Shown: positions 9,088 to 18,634 of the stretch, in pieces
Position numbering within the stretch: the first letter of the stretch is position 1
Layout of the letters: every line of letters begins with the position of its first letter
IMG/VR virus record: IMGVR_UViG_3300047510_002509
Reading direction: 5' to 3' (one strand)
Length of the DNA: 64,000 bases
From: a virus
Notes under the pieces: model-generated
What the model saw: the letters and a program-made list of their open reading frames with translations, nothing else
The model's database searches: none
What the model was told of the DNA's origin: nothing
Translations under genes and position numbers: made by a program

Positions 9088-9696
9088 TTACGCTATATCG
9101 TCACTAAGACGTGTAGTTTCGTCATCTTTCACCTTAGCACCTGGCTCCCACAATATGTCTCCAGAAGTTCTGTTTTCATATCTTGCTAGAACAAAGAGCA
9201 AATCTGACAACCTATTAAGGTATTTAGCAGTCATAAGATTTATGCTTCCCCAATGCTCTTCGGCAGCTTTCCAAGTTGCTCGCTCTGCTCTGCGAACTAC
9301 GGTTCTGGCTACATGAAGATCAGCTGATGCTTTAGTTCCAGATGGAAGAACAAATGAACGAAGTGGTTCAAGATTGAAGTTAATTTTATCTATCCACTTT
9401 TCTAGGTACTCAACTTGTTCCTCTGTAATACGAAGTGGGGTTGTTTTTGAGTCCTCTACTACAGGAGTCGATAAGTCTGCTCCAACATCAAACAAGTGAT
9501 TTTGTATATTACGCATAACTGACATTAACCTGCTGCTAACCATAGAAGACATAGCAACGCCAATAAATGAGTTTGCTTCATCTACTGTTGCGTAAGCTTC
9601 AATACGAGAGTCTGTCTTGGGAACCCTACTAAGGTCTCCAAGAGAGGTTGTCCCCTCGTCTCCAGTCTTTGTATAAATGCGAGTTAGATTTACCAT
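9088..9696 (-). CDS. pduO: ATP:cob(I)alamin adenosyltransferase, PduO type
   Basis: TRIYTKTGDEG, AYATVDEANS, RTVVRRAER, YLNRLSDLLF; start at the TAATG overlap (9696). Confidence 0.95.
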   Translation of the reverse strand: MVNLTRIYTKTGDEGTTSLGDLSRVPKTDSRIEAYATVDEANSFIGVAMSSMVSSRLMSVMRNIQNHLFDVGADLSTPVVEDSKTTPLRITEEQVEYLEKWIDKINFNLEPLRSFVLPSGTKASADLHVARTVVRRAERATWKAAEEHWGSINLMTAKYLNRLSDLLFVLARYENRTSGDILWEPGAKVKDDETTRLSDDIA

Positions 9697-9842
9697 TAGT
9701 GTCCTGTCAGCGAGCGCCAAATTTGAAGAGTTATCAGATGTGATAAATAAAGTGCAGCCGCATTAAATGCAATGTTTGCAATAACATTCAGCCAAGGACT
9801 GACTTTTGTCTGCACTTCTAACTTCTCTTCAAGAAGAATCAC
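9696..9842 (-). CDS. 48-aa membrane peptide in the B12 operon
   Basis: GTGA and TAATG overlaps with both neighbours; hydrophobic C-terminal half. Confidence 0.6.
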   Translation of the reverse strand: MILLEEKLEVQTKVSPWLNVIANIAFNAAALYLSHLITLQIWRSLTGH

Positions 9843-10300
9843 GGGAATGGAACCTCTCCATTATCTGCAAATACAAGTCCAAGAGATTCACCTGGATGTA
9901 GGTGCACTTGGTCTATCCCTGTTTGAGCCCACCCCCACTCACCCTGTAAATCAAAAGGCCAAGGAATGATTTCGTTTTCTTTTACTAAGACTGCCCAATA
10001 CGACTCTGCTGGTGGCATATCCGTGCAAGACTCTACTGATGCATCAGGGAACCCACCAAGACGACAGAGCACTGCGCTGCCATACTTTAGAGTTCCCTCG
10101 GTTGATAGATTAACACTGCTAAGAAGGTCCAATGCCATGACATCACCTGTGACTGGCACGCATTGCTCTACAACCGCCCCATTATTTAGCGGTCCATAAT
10201 CAATATATAAATTTACGCAATCTGCTTTTGCCTGTTGAGTAAAAGCCAGTATTCCTAGAGCCGAGACAATTAAAACAAATCCTGCTATTAACTTTTTCAC
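9839..10300 (-). CDS. Secreted Cys-containing protein, DUF4430/transcobalamin-C-terminal-like (putative B12-binding)
   Basis: Signal peptide AKA-D; ALDLL...GT.KYG..LCR..G.P, YWA, W.WAQTGI...L.PG pattern; context next to pduO. Confidence 0.55.
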   Translation of the reverse strand: MKKLIAGFVLIVSALGILAFTQQAKADCVNLYIDYGPLNNGAVVEQCVPVTGDVMALDLLSSVNLSTEGTLKYGSAVLCRLGGFPDASVESCTDMPPAESYWAVLVKENEIIPWPFDLQGEWGWAQTGIDQVHLHPGESLGLVFADNGEVPFP

Positions 10301-10354
10301 TATGCCTTTCTTTAGTGTTTCTTATTCTTTACACTAACGTACTTAATGTATAAA

Positions 10355-10576
10355 TTAAGAAACATTATCTATAGGTTTCCAAAGGTATTGACCATCCATA
10401 AAAGGGTTAAGTTCGCTTGAGCCCTGATAAACCTGATTGGTTTCTCTATCTATTAAAAGCCATTTCTCTGGACATTTTGTTGTAATTGAAAGAGTGATTG
10501 CTTCTGGAAGTGTAGGAGCAGTGAAACTTCCCCAAGCCTGTGCTATAGACCCGCTTTGGATGTCTCTGTAGTTCAC
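10355..10576 (-). CDS. Hypothetical protein
   Basis: GTG start directly after the repeated GGGAGCCCGG element; TKCPEKWLLIDRET. Confidence 0.65.
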   Translation of the reverse strand: MNYRDIQSGSIAQAWGSFTAPTLPEAITLSITTKCPEKWLLIDRETNQVYQGSSELNPFMDGQYLWKPIDNVS

Positions 10577-10596
10577 TTTTCCGGGCTCCCTTTCCG

Positions 10597-11046
10597 TTAA
10601 CTTCTTCGGACGCGCTCTATAAGTTCTGTAGAGGAGAAGTTGTGTTTGCGACTATTGTAGTAAATCTCTATGTTGTGAGTTATACAGTAGTCCCTACCTG
10701 TGAAGTCTTTACCTATGTAGTCTTCCCCGATAATTCGAACATCTATGGGCAATGTCTTAAGTAAGTTGAGCAAGTCTTCTTCAGTCTCATAAATGACAAT
10801 CTCATCTACATACTTAACTGCTTTCAGCTGCAACTGACGCTCAATTAAAGACTGTATAGGTTTGCGCTTTTCTGGTCTATCAAGACTTGGGTCTGTTTGA
10901 AGAGCGACTATAAGATGATCGCATGCGGACTTTGCCTCTTCAAGCATGAGAATGTGACCTGCGTGTAGGAGGTCAAAACAAGAAGCGGTAAAACCAACTT
11001 TGTTGTGTTTGAACATACGCTCTAGTTCGAGTAGTGCTGATTCCAT
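10597..11046 (-). CDS. Glycerol-3-phosphate cytidylyltransferase-like (TagD family)
   Basis: FDLLHAGH (HxGH) motif, RKHNFSST. Confidence 0.9.
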   Translation of the reverse strand: MESALLELERMFKHNKVGFTASCFDLLHAGHILMLEEAKSACDHLIVALQTDPSLDRPEKRKPIQSLIERQLQLKAVKYVDEIVIYETEEDLLNLLKTLPIDVRIIGEDYIGKDFTGRDYCITHNIEIYYNSRKHNFSSTELIERVRRS

Positions 11047-11790
11047 TTAATCCTCCAACACTGCTTCTTTAATTTTGCGAAGGACTATGTCTTTTGTTCT
11101 AGATTTAGTAAAGGTTTCATATCTATAAGCTAAAGACTTAAACTTCCCAAAACTGTTCTTTGTGTCAGCAACGCTTTCTGCTAGCTTGTAGATTTCATGA
11201 GTCATTTCAAATCGTTTTAGGTTGACCTTTTTGTCAGTTATAAAACGTGCATATAAAACTGGCTCTTCTGCTAAATGAAACCTGTTTACACCCTTCCGTA
11301 GAATCATTTCAACTAAGCAAGGTCTAAACCACTTTGAGATGTTGAACCTACCTGGTGTAATACTTCCGTAATTCTGGTGGATTGTGTCGTGAAGTATTGG
11401 AGGCATTATCTCCATCTCGAGGTCTTCTTCAGAGAAGAACACCCAACCTAATGGCATCCAAATAACTTTCCTATCTTCCATAAAAGTTTCCATTGTTCTA
11501 GATAAGACAATTTGATGCTCTTGAAGAGGAACAAACTTTTGTAAAACAGGGTCAAACTCAAACTTGCTATCTACAACATTTGAAAAGACATAGGTGTTAG
11601 AAAACATGTTTTTATATGCTGGGCAAAAGAAAATACTATTATTTGGGTCAGCGTCTTCTTTTTTAAACTTCTTTAGAGACTGAGAAACTGGCTCTGGATC
11701 GTGGTACATCATGTTCCAGTCATACCGCTCTTCTGGTCTAATTGGGTAGAATGGAGACCAGTAAACAGTAACTTCGTCTTTGCGTGCCAT
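11047..11790 (-). CDS. Conserved phage beta-rich protein (distant relative of the 8252 family), leaderless
   Basis: CPA, PGRFNISKWFRP motifs; TATGAT-6-ATG. Confidence 0.7.
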   Translation of the reverse strand: MARKDEVTVYWSPFYPIRPEERYDWNMMYHDPEPVSQSLKKFKKEDADPNNSIFFCPAYKNMFSNTYVFSNVVDSKFEFDPVLQKFVPLQEHQIVLSRTMETFMEDRKVIWMPLGWVFFSEEDLEMEIMPPILHDTIHQNYGSITPGRFNISKWFRPCLVEMILRKGVNRFHLAEEPVLYARFITDKKVNLKRFEMTHEIYKLAESVADTKNSFGKFKSLAYRYETFTKSRTKDIVLRKIKEAVLED

Positions 11791-11892
11791 GTATTTATCA
11801 TAGTAGAGATTTCAATTTTCCGGGCTCTCTTTCCGTTAAAAGCAGCGGCGCGTTGAGAAATTAAGGGTTGGGGAAGAAGGTAGGGTTGTGGA

Positions 11893-12624
11893 GTGATTTA
11901 TGAGTGGAAAATGGATGGGGTTGTCCGAAATTACGGAGATGCCTTAGCTGAGCTAGTTACGCCCCCTTCTGTCTATGCTGCTTGGGCTGCAGATACTGAA
12001 CACATGTTCTTCCCTATGGGAAGTGTGATATGTAATGAAATAATGAATGAAACAATTCAAAGAAGATTAAAACCAGTATTTGTTGCATGTGGGTGGCGTG
12101 GGGAAGAATTAAATCCGACACTAGTTGGGATGTCACAGTTTGTAGGAGCAAGAGGACCACACACCCAAGCAGAACTTGCAAAACATGGGGTAGATGTAGA
12201 GGTAACTATGGACCCTGGTTATGTAGTACCAGACTTACTATCAAAAGCATCTCCAACAGGTCTAGCTATTGTCATTCGTCATATAAAAGACCCCTCTGAT
12301 TACAACGAATTTACAAAGCACGAGTATGGAGCCGATGAAGTCATAAGCGCAGCTATTAATACAATAGATGACACCATTGCGCTAACTCACCAAATCTCTG
12401 GCTCAAGATTCGTTTTGGCGGGTGCTATGCATGCTGCAATTGTGGCTCATGCTTATAACATTCCGTTTGCTCTACTAAACGGACCCTACATCGACTGCCT
12501 GCCTAAATGGTATGACTGGTTTGCTTCGGTAAACTTAGGAGAGCCAGTCTTCGTCTCAAACGTAGCCGAAGGGCGTAAGTGGTACAACGACAACGTAAGG
12601 AATAGGAATACAGATGGCATTTGA
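11893..12624 (+). CDS. Polysaccharide pyruvyl transferase-like protein
   Basis: NYGDAL, GARGPHT, DPG, AMHAAIVAHAYNIP. Confidence 0.75.
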   Translation: MIYEWKMDGVVRNYGDALAELVTPPSVYAAWAADTEHMFFPMGSVICNEIMNETIQRRLKPVFVACGWRGEELNPTLVGMSQFVGARGPHTQAELAKHGVDVEVTMDPGYVVPDLLSKASPTGLAIVIRHIKDPSDYNEFTKHEYGADEVISAAINTIDDTIALTHQISGSRFVLAGAMHAAIVAHAYNIPFALLNGPYIDCLPKWYDWFASVNLGEPVFVSNVAEGRKWYNDNVRNRNTDGI

Positions 12625-13024
12625 ATACAGCAAAGAAGAATGGATGCGCCATGCCGAATATGAACTTGATTTGGCTGGGGATGAGCCAGCTCTAAAAGAA
12701 TTTTATTTAAAAATGGTAGATCTTTTTACAAACTATCCACACACTGAACACACTTTATATTTTATGCCAGAAGCTTTAGAAAAACTTTTTCGCCATGAAA
12801 ATCTACGTCATCTAACAGAACACCCTAATGAATGGGTAAAAGTTGCAGATGATGTTTGGAGAAATAAAAGAAATCCTCGTGCATTTTCAAACGATGGGGG
12901 TATGACAACTGTTATGTTCCCAAGATTTCAAGAAAACTCTACAAACAACAACATAAAACTAACTAACACCCCAGAGAATGTGCTTGAGTTGTTTAATAAA
13001 CTAGGCGAAGTTAAAAACTTTTAA
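12614..13024 (+). CDS. Hypothetical protein
   Basis: Coupled ORF; W.NKR....FS.DGG motif. Confidence 0.7.
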   Translation: MAFEYSKEEWMRHAEYELDLAGDEPALKEFYLKMVDLFTNYPHTEHTLYFMPEALEKLFRHENLRHLTEHPNEWVKVADDVWRNKRNPRAFSNDGGMTTVMFPRFQENSTNNNIKLTNTPENVLELFNKLGEVKNF

Positions 13025-13260
13025 TTAGATTTAGAAGGATAGTTTTCAGCATCATCTGCCCAAAGTAGGTCGAAGATGTTTGATGGCATAGAGTCACCCT
13101 TTTTCTGGTGCGCCTTGAGATGGTCAACCATTTCTTGAGTTGATTCTGCTTTATAGAAGCTATCTATCATGTCACCAAAACTACACATAGTGCAGACCAC
13201 TCCACCCCGAGCATCTGCGTAAACATAAACATCATCGCTAAAAAATCTTGCGTATGCCAT
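13021..13260 (-). CDS. Hypothetical Zn-binding protein
   Basis: GGAG RBS; CxxC...H...H. Confidence 0.65.
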   Translation of the reverse strand: MAYARFFSDDVYVYADARGGVVCTMCSFGDMIDSFYKAESTQEMVDHLKAHQKKGDSMPSNIFDLLWADDAENYPSKSN

Positions 13261-13269
13261 TACTGTCTC

Positions 13270-13518
13270 CTATTTGCTTTTATTCTCTTTTGATTTTGGT
13301 TTAAATTTAGTCAGCCAAGATTTGTCAGAGTATTTAACCCACTCATACACAAAGATACACCCAGCGATTAGAAGCCCGAGTGAAAGCGACTGCACGATGT
13401 AGTAAGTGCTTGGGTCAATAAGGTATGTGTCCCAAGGGAAGGTATAAGCGACTACTGGAAATGCAATTACATTTCCAAATACAACTGAGATTACGATGCT
13501 TTTATATACGTTTGTCAT
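13270..13518 (-). CDS. Two-TM membrane protein
   Basis: AAAGGA RBS; hydrophobic helices. Confidence 0.65.
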   Translation of the reverse strand: MTNVYKSIVISVVFGNVIAFPVVAYTFPWDTYLIDPSTYYIVQSLSLGLLIAGCIFVYEWVKYSDKSWLTKFKPKSKENKSK

Positions 13519-13554
13519 TATGTCCTTTCTAATTATTCTTTTATTGTATCGAAT

Positions 13555-14340
13555 TTAATTATTAGTTTCAACAATCCGAGTGTACTTAATTCCACTGCCA
13601 CCATTGTCTTTAGCCCAGCCGCTGATAGAGCGTATTTCGGTTCTATCTCCTGGCTTACCGCCAGCATGAATCATCTCATCGGGGCCTACATAGATTCCAA
13701 TATGGTAGGCGCTTCCGTAGCTTTTGTGGTTGAAGGACACTAAGTCGCCAATTTTTGGCTCCGTGACAAACTCACCTGAGATTCTTTGCTTTGTTGCACT
13801 ATGTTCTAGGTCAATACCGAGGTGGGCGTATGTCCAGCGAACAAGCCCTGAGCAATCCCAAGACCTTGTAGTGGAGCCAGCAAATACCCAAGGGGTTATG
13901 CCAATTTGATTTTTTACTAAGACAAGAGTCTCGTTTAGGGTTTTAGTGTTTTTGGCTATTTCTTCTAGCCTAGCAATTTCTGCTTCTAGTTCGGCTTGCA
14001 CTTTTGCAGCCTCTGCCTCGATGGCAGCTTGCTTACGCTCTGCGTCAGATTTGAGTTTATCTTTTGCAGCTTTTTCCTGAGCCATCCAATCTAAGGAACC
14101 AACTAGTGGTGCATCCGAGCTAAATATGGGTCCAGCTTGGAGGACTTGTTTTTGTACAGGACCAGAAATAACAGTCTCTCTTTGTACAGGAGAGTTAATA
14201 GTTGGAGATAGTTTTGTTACTTGTCCTGAGATTACTTTGCTGTTAGCTGAGCGATCTACATCCGCTGTGGCCTCCGCGAAAGCAATCGTGGAGCTTGTCG
14301 TAATTAATCCAATAGCAATTACTAATAGAAGCTTTTTCAT
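13555..14340 (-). CDS. Secreted NlpC/P60 (C40) peptidoglycan peptidase with coiled coil
   Basis: Signal peptide; WDCSGLV, GDLV.F, HIGIY.G...MIHA. Confidence 0.92.
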   Translation of the reverse strand: MKKLLLVIAIGLITTSSTIAFAEATADVDRSANSKVISGQVTKLSPTINSPVQRETVISGPVQKQVLQAGPIFSSDAPLVGSLDWMAQEKAAKDKLKSDAERKQAAIEAEAAKVQAELEAEIARLEEIAKNTKTLNETLVLVKNQIGITPWVFAGSTTRSWDCSGLVRWTYAHLGIDLEHSATKQRISGEFVTEPKIGDLVSFNHKSYGSAYHIGIYVGPDEMIHAGGKPGDRTEIRSISGWAKDNGGSGIKYTRIVETNN

Positions 14341-14520
14341 TTGGCGACCTACCTTTCCTTGGTAGTTAGTACTCGGTCGTTGAGTGTTGAGCTATATTCA
14401 GTTTTATAGTGGAAATTCCATTATAAGCAATTTATTATTTCTTTTTCATAAAATGAACAATAATTTTCAAATATTGAAAATGTCATTCATCTTTATGTCA
14501 TTTAAACACTAGCCTAATTA

Positions 14521-14865
14521 CTACATTTCATCAAGAAAAACCTGAATAAAAGCCCTTTCTTCCTGTGAAAGTAGGTGTTTTAGCTCTAAATACTTCCTGT
14601 AATTATGCTCTCGAAAGTATACAGATTCGCCTTTTGGGGTCAGATTTATCTCTATAAGACCCTTCTGCCATAGGGTATTAGCCGTTTCTCCAACATCAGC
14701 TAATTGCATTTTCCATAGTTCTGGAAAAAGGTGCTCGCAGTCTGAAGTCACTCTATATACAGGTTCCCCTGTCTCCTCGGAAACTCCATATAACTCTATG
14801 GCACCCATCTCTAAAAAGAGATTGAAAAGATAATCTAACCTGTCTTCACTTGGATTTTCTGACAC
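14521..14865 (-). CDS. Hypothetical protein
   Basis: 114-aa ORF in operon. Confidence 0.65.
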   Translation of the reverse strand: MSENPSEDRLDYLFNLFLEMGAIELYGVSEETGEPVYRVTSDCEHLFPELWKMQLADVGETANTLWQKGLIEINLTPKGESVYFREHNYRKYLELKHLLSQEERAFIQVFLDEM

Positions 14866-14867
14866 TT

Positions 14868-15173
14868 TTACTCTTCTTCGTCAGCGTCAAAATCTAAGTC
14901 TTCTAGGTCCATCTCCTCTGTATTTTCGGGGTCTAATTGAAAAACTATGGTGTCTTCTAAAACATCATGTTCGGTAATAATGAGGGCTACCAATCTAATA
15001 GCTTGACGGTCTTTAAATCCAGCTTTTATAAGTGACTTATAAAGCTCGAACATTTGCATGGCATCTTCGTCCATAGACGAAATACCAAGGTCAACCTCTA
15101 GTCTATTGAATAAATCGTTAGACTCTGATTCACTCTTTTCCCGAGGTTCTTCGGGAGAGTTTTCCTCACTCAT
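14868..15173 (-). CDS. Acidic hypothetical protein, leaderless
   Basis: TAAACT-6-ATG. Confidence 0.65.
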   Translation of the reverse strand: MSEENSPEEPREKSESESNDLFNRLEVDLGISSMDEDAMQMFELYKSLIKAGFKDRQAIRLVALIITEHDVLEDTIVFQLDPENTEEMDLEDLDFDADEEE

Positions 15174-15198
15174 AAATACAGTTTAGACCTGTACTTGT

Positions 15199-16278
15199 TT
15201 ATCTATTTTCTCCTACATATTCGTGAGAATAAGACCAACGATTTGGGTTTAATTGCCACCTCATGTTTGCACGTTCAACAAGACCATCAGAGCGTTTCAT
15301 ATGGTTTTTTGATGTTGGTTTCCACAATTTAGAAGTGTCTCTATACTCCCCCAAGCGGGGGTGAGAAGTCTTTGAAAAATATCTTTTTCCTTGATTTATA
15401 TAATACTCTGCAACTGCTTCTGAAATTCTTGGACCAAACCCAAGGCCTTGATAATCAGGATGTACAACTAAACGATGCTCACGCCAAGCATTTTGTATAG
15501 TGCCAGACGGATAAGTCATTGCTGCTACATAACCAACTAACTGTTGTTCCCAGACAGCCACGTAGCTGTGTGAGGCCTTATTGAGCTTTTCGGAGAGATA
15601 GTGGTGCGAAGCGAAGTATCCCCAAACGCTGTTGTGGGCAGGGTATATGTCGAGTACCAGTTCAGGTCGGTGAAGATACCTTCCCGAGGTCCATTCGCCG
15701 CGGTCAGTGTCAATAACCCAATCTGGCTCAAGGAACTCAAGGATGTCGCGGTGGACAGTTGCCAATACGACTCCTTTTATGTTGTTTCGACGAATGTATT
15801 TAGACATTGAAGTTGATGCAGCTTTGGCAACATTACGGTCTACAACCGAGGTGTACTCGTCAATGACAGCACCACTTTGTAAAGATATTGCTAAGTCAGC
15901 GCGAAACTTTTGTCCATTAGATAAAACCTGATAAGGCTTTACCCACTCGGGCACCGACATCAGCCCAGCGGCTGAAAGGCGCTCGCTGGCATCTACAGGG
16001 TCTTTAAAGTGAGATGCAATTGATTTGTTGTGGTCCCAAATTGGGACTACAGGATTTCCAAAAGATTGTAGGAGAGTTGACTTGCCTGTCCCAGAGGCAC
16101 CAACGATTACTCCAATTCCAAAGTCACTAGGAAGCTTTGGAAGAACAAACGGGTGAAAGGTTGAAAGACCGTTTGTTTCGTAATCGAAGGGACGAACTAG
16201 CTCTCGCGTAAGGCTGTCCATCTCAACTGTGGAGGTCAAGGGGGTAGATGACCTATCTAGTTTTTGCCAACTCTCCAT
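15199..16278 (-). CDS. ABC-type ATPase fused to a GNAT (Mom-like) acetyltransferase
   Basis: Walker A GASGTGKS, signature LSNGQKFR, IDEYTS; HHYL and RLVVHPDYQGLGFG. Confidence 0.88.
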   Translation of the reverse strand: MESWQKLDRSSTPLTSTVEMDSLTRELVRPFDYETNGLSTFHPFVLPKLPSDFGIGVIVGASGTGKSTLLQSFGNPVVPIWDHNKSIASHFKDPVDASERLSAAGLMSVPEWVKPYQVLSNGQKFRADLAISLQSGAVIDEYTSVVDRNVAKAASTSMSKYIRRNNIKGVVLATVHRDILEFLEPDWVIDTDRGEWTSGRYLHRPELVLDIYPAHNSVWGYFASHHYLSEKLNKASHSYVAVWEQQLVGYVAAMTYPSGTIQNAWREHRLVVHPDYQGLGFGPRISEAVAEYYINQGKRYFSKTSHPRLGEYRDTSKLWKPTSKNHMKRSDGLVERANMRWQLNPNRWSYSHEYVGENR

Positions 16279-16316
16279 AGCTCCAGGCTATCAGAGAAAG
16301 TTAAAAAAGTCCAGGC

Positions 16317-17549
16317 TTAGAGCAAATCTGACCAGCTGATTGCGCCAATTGCAGATTGAGTTCCACCAAGAGAACGAATAGCAAGAGTTAAAGAGTCACT
16401 GACAGGGACATCTGCGTTTGTACGTCCAAGCTGAAGGTCCCAGCGTTGTAGGTTGCCATCCAAAGTTACAGCGGTGTTTGCTTGATTTGATGAAGACATC
16501 AATCCTTCTAAAACAGCTATACCTCCACTTAGACTGGTTGGAGAGATGTTGTATTCAACATTTCCAGTAGATGGGGTGTGAGATATCCATGTTCCACCAG
16601 TAACGGTTGCATTACGAAGAAGTGCCCACTCGTAGTTGCCTTGAGCTATAGGAAGGACTGTCAAACCAGTGGGAATAATAACTGAGTCAGTTCTGCCTGT
16701 AGCCATTCTAATAGAAACCAATGGATAGTAAGAAGAGCTTACGTTTACTGTTTCACTTCTGGCAGCACTCCATGATTCAGTGTGTCTTTGGTAGCCACCA
16801 TTTGAAACTACCGTAGCGCAGATTTGCTTCATAGAACTAGATGAAGAAGTTGTTCCTGTATTTTCAATTTCATATCGAATAGGTAAAGAAGCAGTTGTTA
16901 TGTAGACAGAGTCAACTCTGTTTGCGTGGTTAAATTGATGAGCAACAATAAAAAGACCGTCAACAGCAAAACCTAAACGTACAGACCCCGCCCCAAGCCA
17001 TTCATACTCTGAAAAAAAGATTTGAGCTTTAGTAAGGTCAAGAGCAACATCGCTAGGACCCGTGCCATTTAGTTTGTCTACATTCCATTCAGACTGTGGA
17101 ATGCGAGTTTCTATTACTTCTCCAGTAACAAAACTTCTACGAACAAAAGAAACGCTGGTTCCATCTAACTCTAGGTAGTAACCGTTTTGGCGACTAAAAT
17201 ATCCAGCTCTTTGTCGGAGGTTTGCTTTTGCTGGAGCAAAGACAAAAGTCTGCATAACCTGTAGAGATTTGCCAGGTTGGTAAGGAAAGACGCGTCTTGA
17301 CTCGCGGGTGACCGCATCCCCAGAAGCTGTGCCAACAGTCAATATCTCTGTACTTTGGTTTGCATTGTAAGAAATAGAAGCAGTTCCTGTAGTAGTGTCA
17401 CTATAGTCACCTGATGGTTTATAACGATGTTGGGAGTCAAAAAGAGTCACTGGTTCAGAGACTTTTGTGCGTCCAAACATATCCGTGCGAAACGCGTTTA
17501 TAAGATCACGAGATGGCTTGGATACGTTATTCAATGGTGACGATGACAT
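16317..17549 (-). CDS. Putative virion structural beta-protein
   Basis: D.FGR..VSEP.TLFD, YQPGKS, YEWLGAG motifs recurrent in phage virion proteins; Ser/Thr-rich. Confidence 0.6.
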   Translation of the reverse strand: MSSSPLNNVSKPSRDLINAFRTDMFGRTKVSEPVTLFDSQHRYKPSGDYSDTTTGTASISYNANQSTEILTVGTASGDAVTRESRRVFPYQPGKSLQVMQTFVFAPAKANLRQRAGYFSRQNGYYLELDGTSVSFVRRSFVTGEVIETRIPQSEWNVDKLNGTGPSDVALDLTKAQIFFSEYEWLGAGSVRLGFAVDGLFIVAHQFNHANRVDSVYITTASLPIRYEIENTGTTSSSSSMKQICATVVSNGGYQRHTESWSAARSETVNVSSSYYPLVSIRMATGRTDSVIIPTGLTVLPIAQGNYEWALLRNATVTGGTWISHTPSTGNVEYNISPTSLSGGIAVLEGLMSSSNQANTAVTLDGNLQRWDLQLGRTNADVPVSDSLTLAIRSLGGTQSAIGAISWSDLL

Positions 17550-17612
17550 GTATAAATTATCTCAGTAAGAAGCTATATTGACTTTTAGATAGTAAGAAGG
17601 TATGATACATAA

Positions 17613-17933
17613 ATGGGCAGAAAGAAAAAAACGACAGAGCAAGTTGCTGCAGCCCCAAGTCCGACTGCTCACTGGATTACTTCTCAAGAAGTTGTCATTC
17701 ACGGTAGGCATGTAGTCTCTGGGTCAGAACTTTCTATCAAAGGTGAGCGAGGCAGATTCAATTTCATCAGACACGTAATCAACCCAAAAACTGGTTCTGA
17801 GTGGGTAGATGTAGTGGGTGGTCCGAGCGGATATAAGACCCTGAGGTCCTTCCACGTTGATAAGATTCGTAGGGTTCACAATAAAGTCAAGACCCGTGCT
17901 GGGCGTAAGGCTAAAGGATTGGATGTAGAATAA
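17613..17933 (+). CDS. Basic hypothetical protein, leaderless
   Basis: TTGACT-17-TATGAT-6-ATG. Confidence 0.7.
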   Translation: MGRKKKTTEQVAAAPSPTAHWITSQEVVIHGRHVVSGSELSIKGERGRFNFIRHVINPKTGSEWVDVVGGPSGYKTLRSFHVDKIRRVHNKVKTRAGRKAKGLDVE

Positions 17934-17937
17934 AACT

Positions 17938-18222
17938 ATGAAATGTCTTTGCGGATTTGACCAGATGCCCAACAATGGGCGAGTCTTGGCTAACCATGTC
18001 CAAGCATGCATGATTGACGGTCCTTGTAAGGACATTCTTCCTGTACCTACAGTTGTGTGGCGTGATGGCGGGTTCTCCGTCGTACGGGCCGCTGAAGAGG
18101 GCGAACAGACCTATGAAATCGGTCTTGTCCGTTATAACCCTCCTGTTGAGGAAGAAGAAGAAGAGGCAGTTGTTGTCGTAGAAGAAACACCTGCTGAAAA
18201 AGCCCCTGCTTCAGAGGAATAA
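17938..18222 (+). CDS. Hypothetical protein with Zn-finger-like N-terminus and acidic tail
   Basis: CxC...H...C; poly-Glu. Confidence 0.6.
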   Translation: MKCLCGFDQMPNNGRVLANHVQACMIDGPCKDILPVPTVVWRDGGFSVVRAAEEGEQTYEIGLVRYNPPVEEEEEEAVVVVEETPAEKAPASEE

Positions 18223-18247
18223 TTACTTTCTGCTGTAGGCTTTAGTT

Positions 18248-18634
18248 ATGCCTTTACACAACCATTTACTAGTAAACGGGTGGACACTTAACCCGCCGAC
18301 AGAAGAAAAAGTCGTTATCGACTGGATGCGCTCATTAGTTGAATCCATCGATATGAAGGTCATTCAAGGACCTTATGCCTCCTACGTAACAGCAGAAGGT
18401 AACCGCGGTCTAACTGCAGTAGTTATGATCGAAACCTCTCACATCGCTATGCACATCTGGGATGAGAATAAACCTTCTAAAGTCCAGTTTGATTTGTATA
18501 CATGTGGAGAGCTTCCTGTAAAACAGGTCTTAGATAATCTTGAAAGCAACCTTGGTCTTATTGACTACACCTATGTAGTTCTTGAGAGAACCGATGGATT
18601 TACAATCGAAGACTTTACAAAGCCTTCAAAGTAA
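18248..18634 (+). CDS. speD: S-adenosylmethionine decarboxylase proenzyme
   Basis: GLTAVVMIETSHIAMHIW, FDLYTCG. Confidence 0.85.
   Translation: MPLHNHLLVNGWTLNPPTEEKVVIDWMRSLVESIDMKVIQGPYASYVTAEGNRGLTAVVMIETSHIAMHIWDENKPSKVQFDLYTCGELPVKQVLDNLESNLGLIDYTYVVLERTDGFTIEDFTKPSK

Noticed and set aside
10300-10355. Cobalamin riboswitch upstream of the B12 operon
   Set aside because: Gap is short and AT-rich with no B12 box; the 5.3-kb RNA lacks it too.
15537-15740. Programmed frameshift or dual coding in the ABC-GNAT gene
   Set aside because: The main frame is already continuous and no slippery site is seen; the locally GC-rich codons can explain the open alternate frame.
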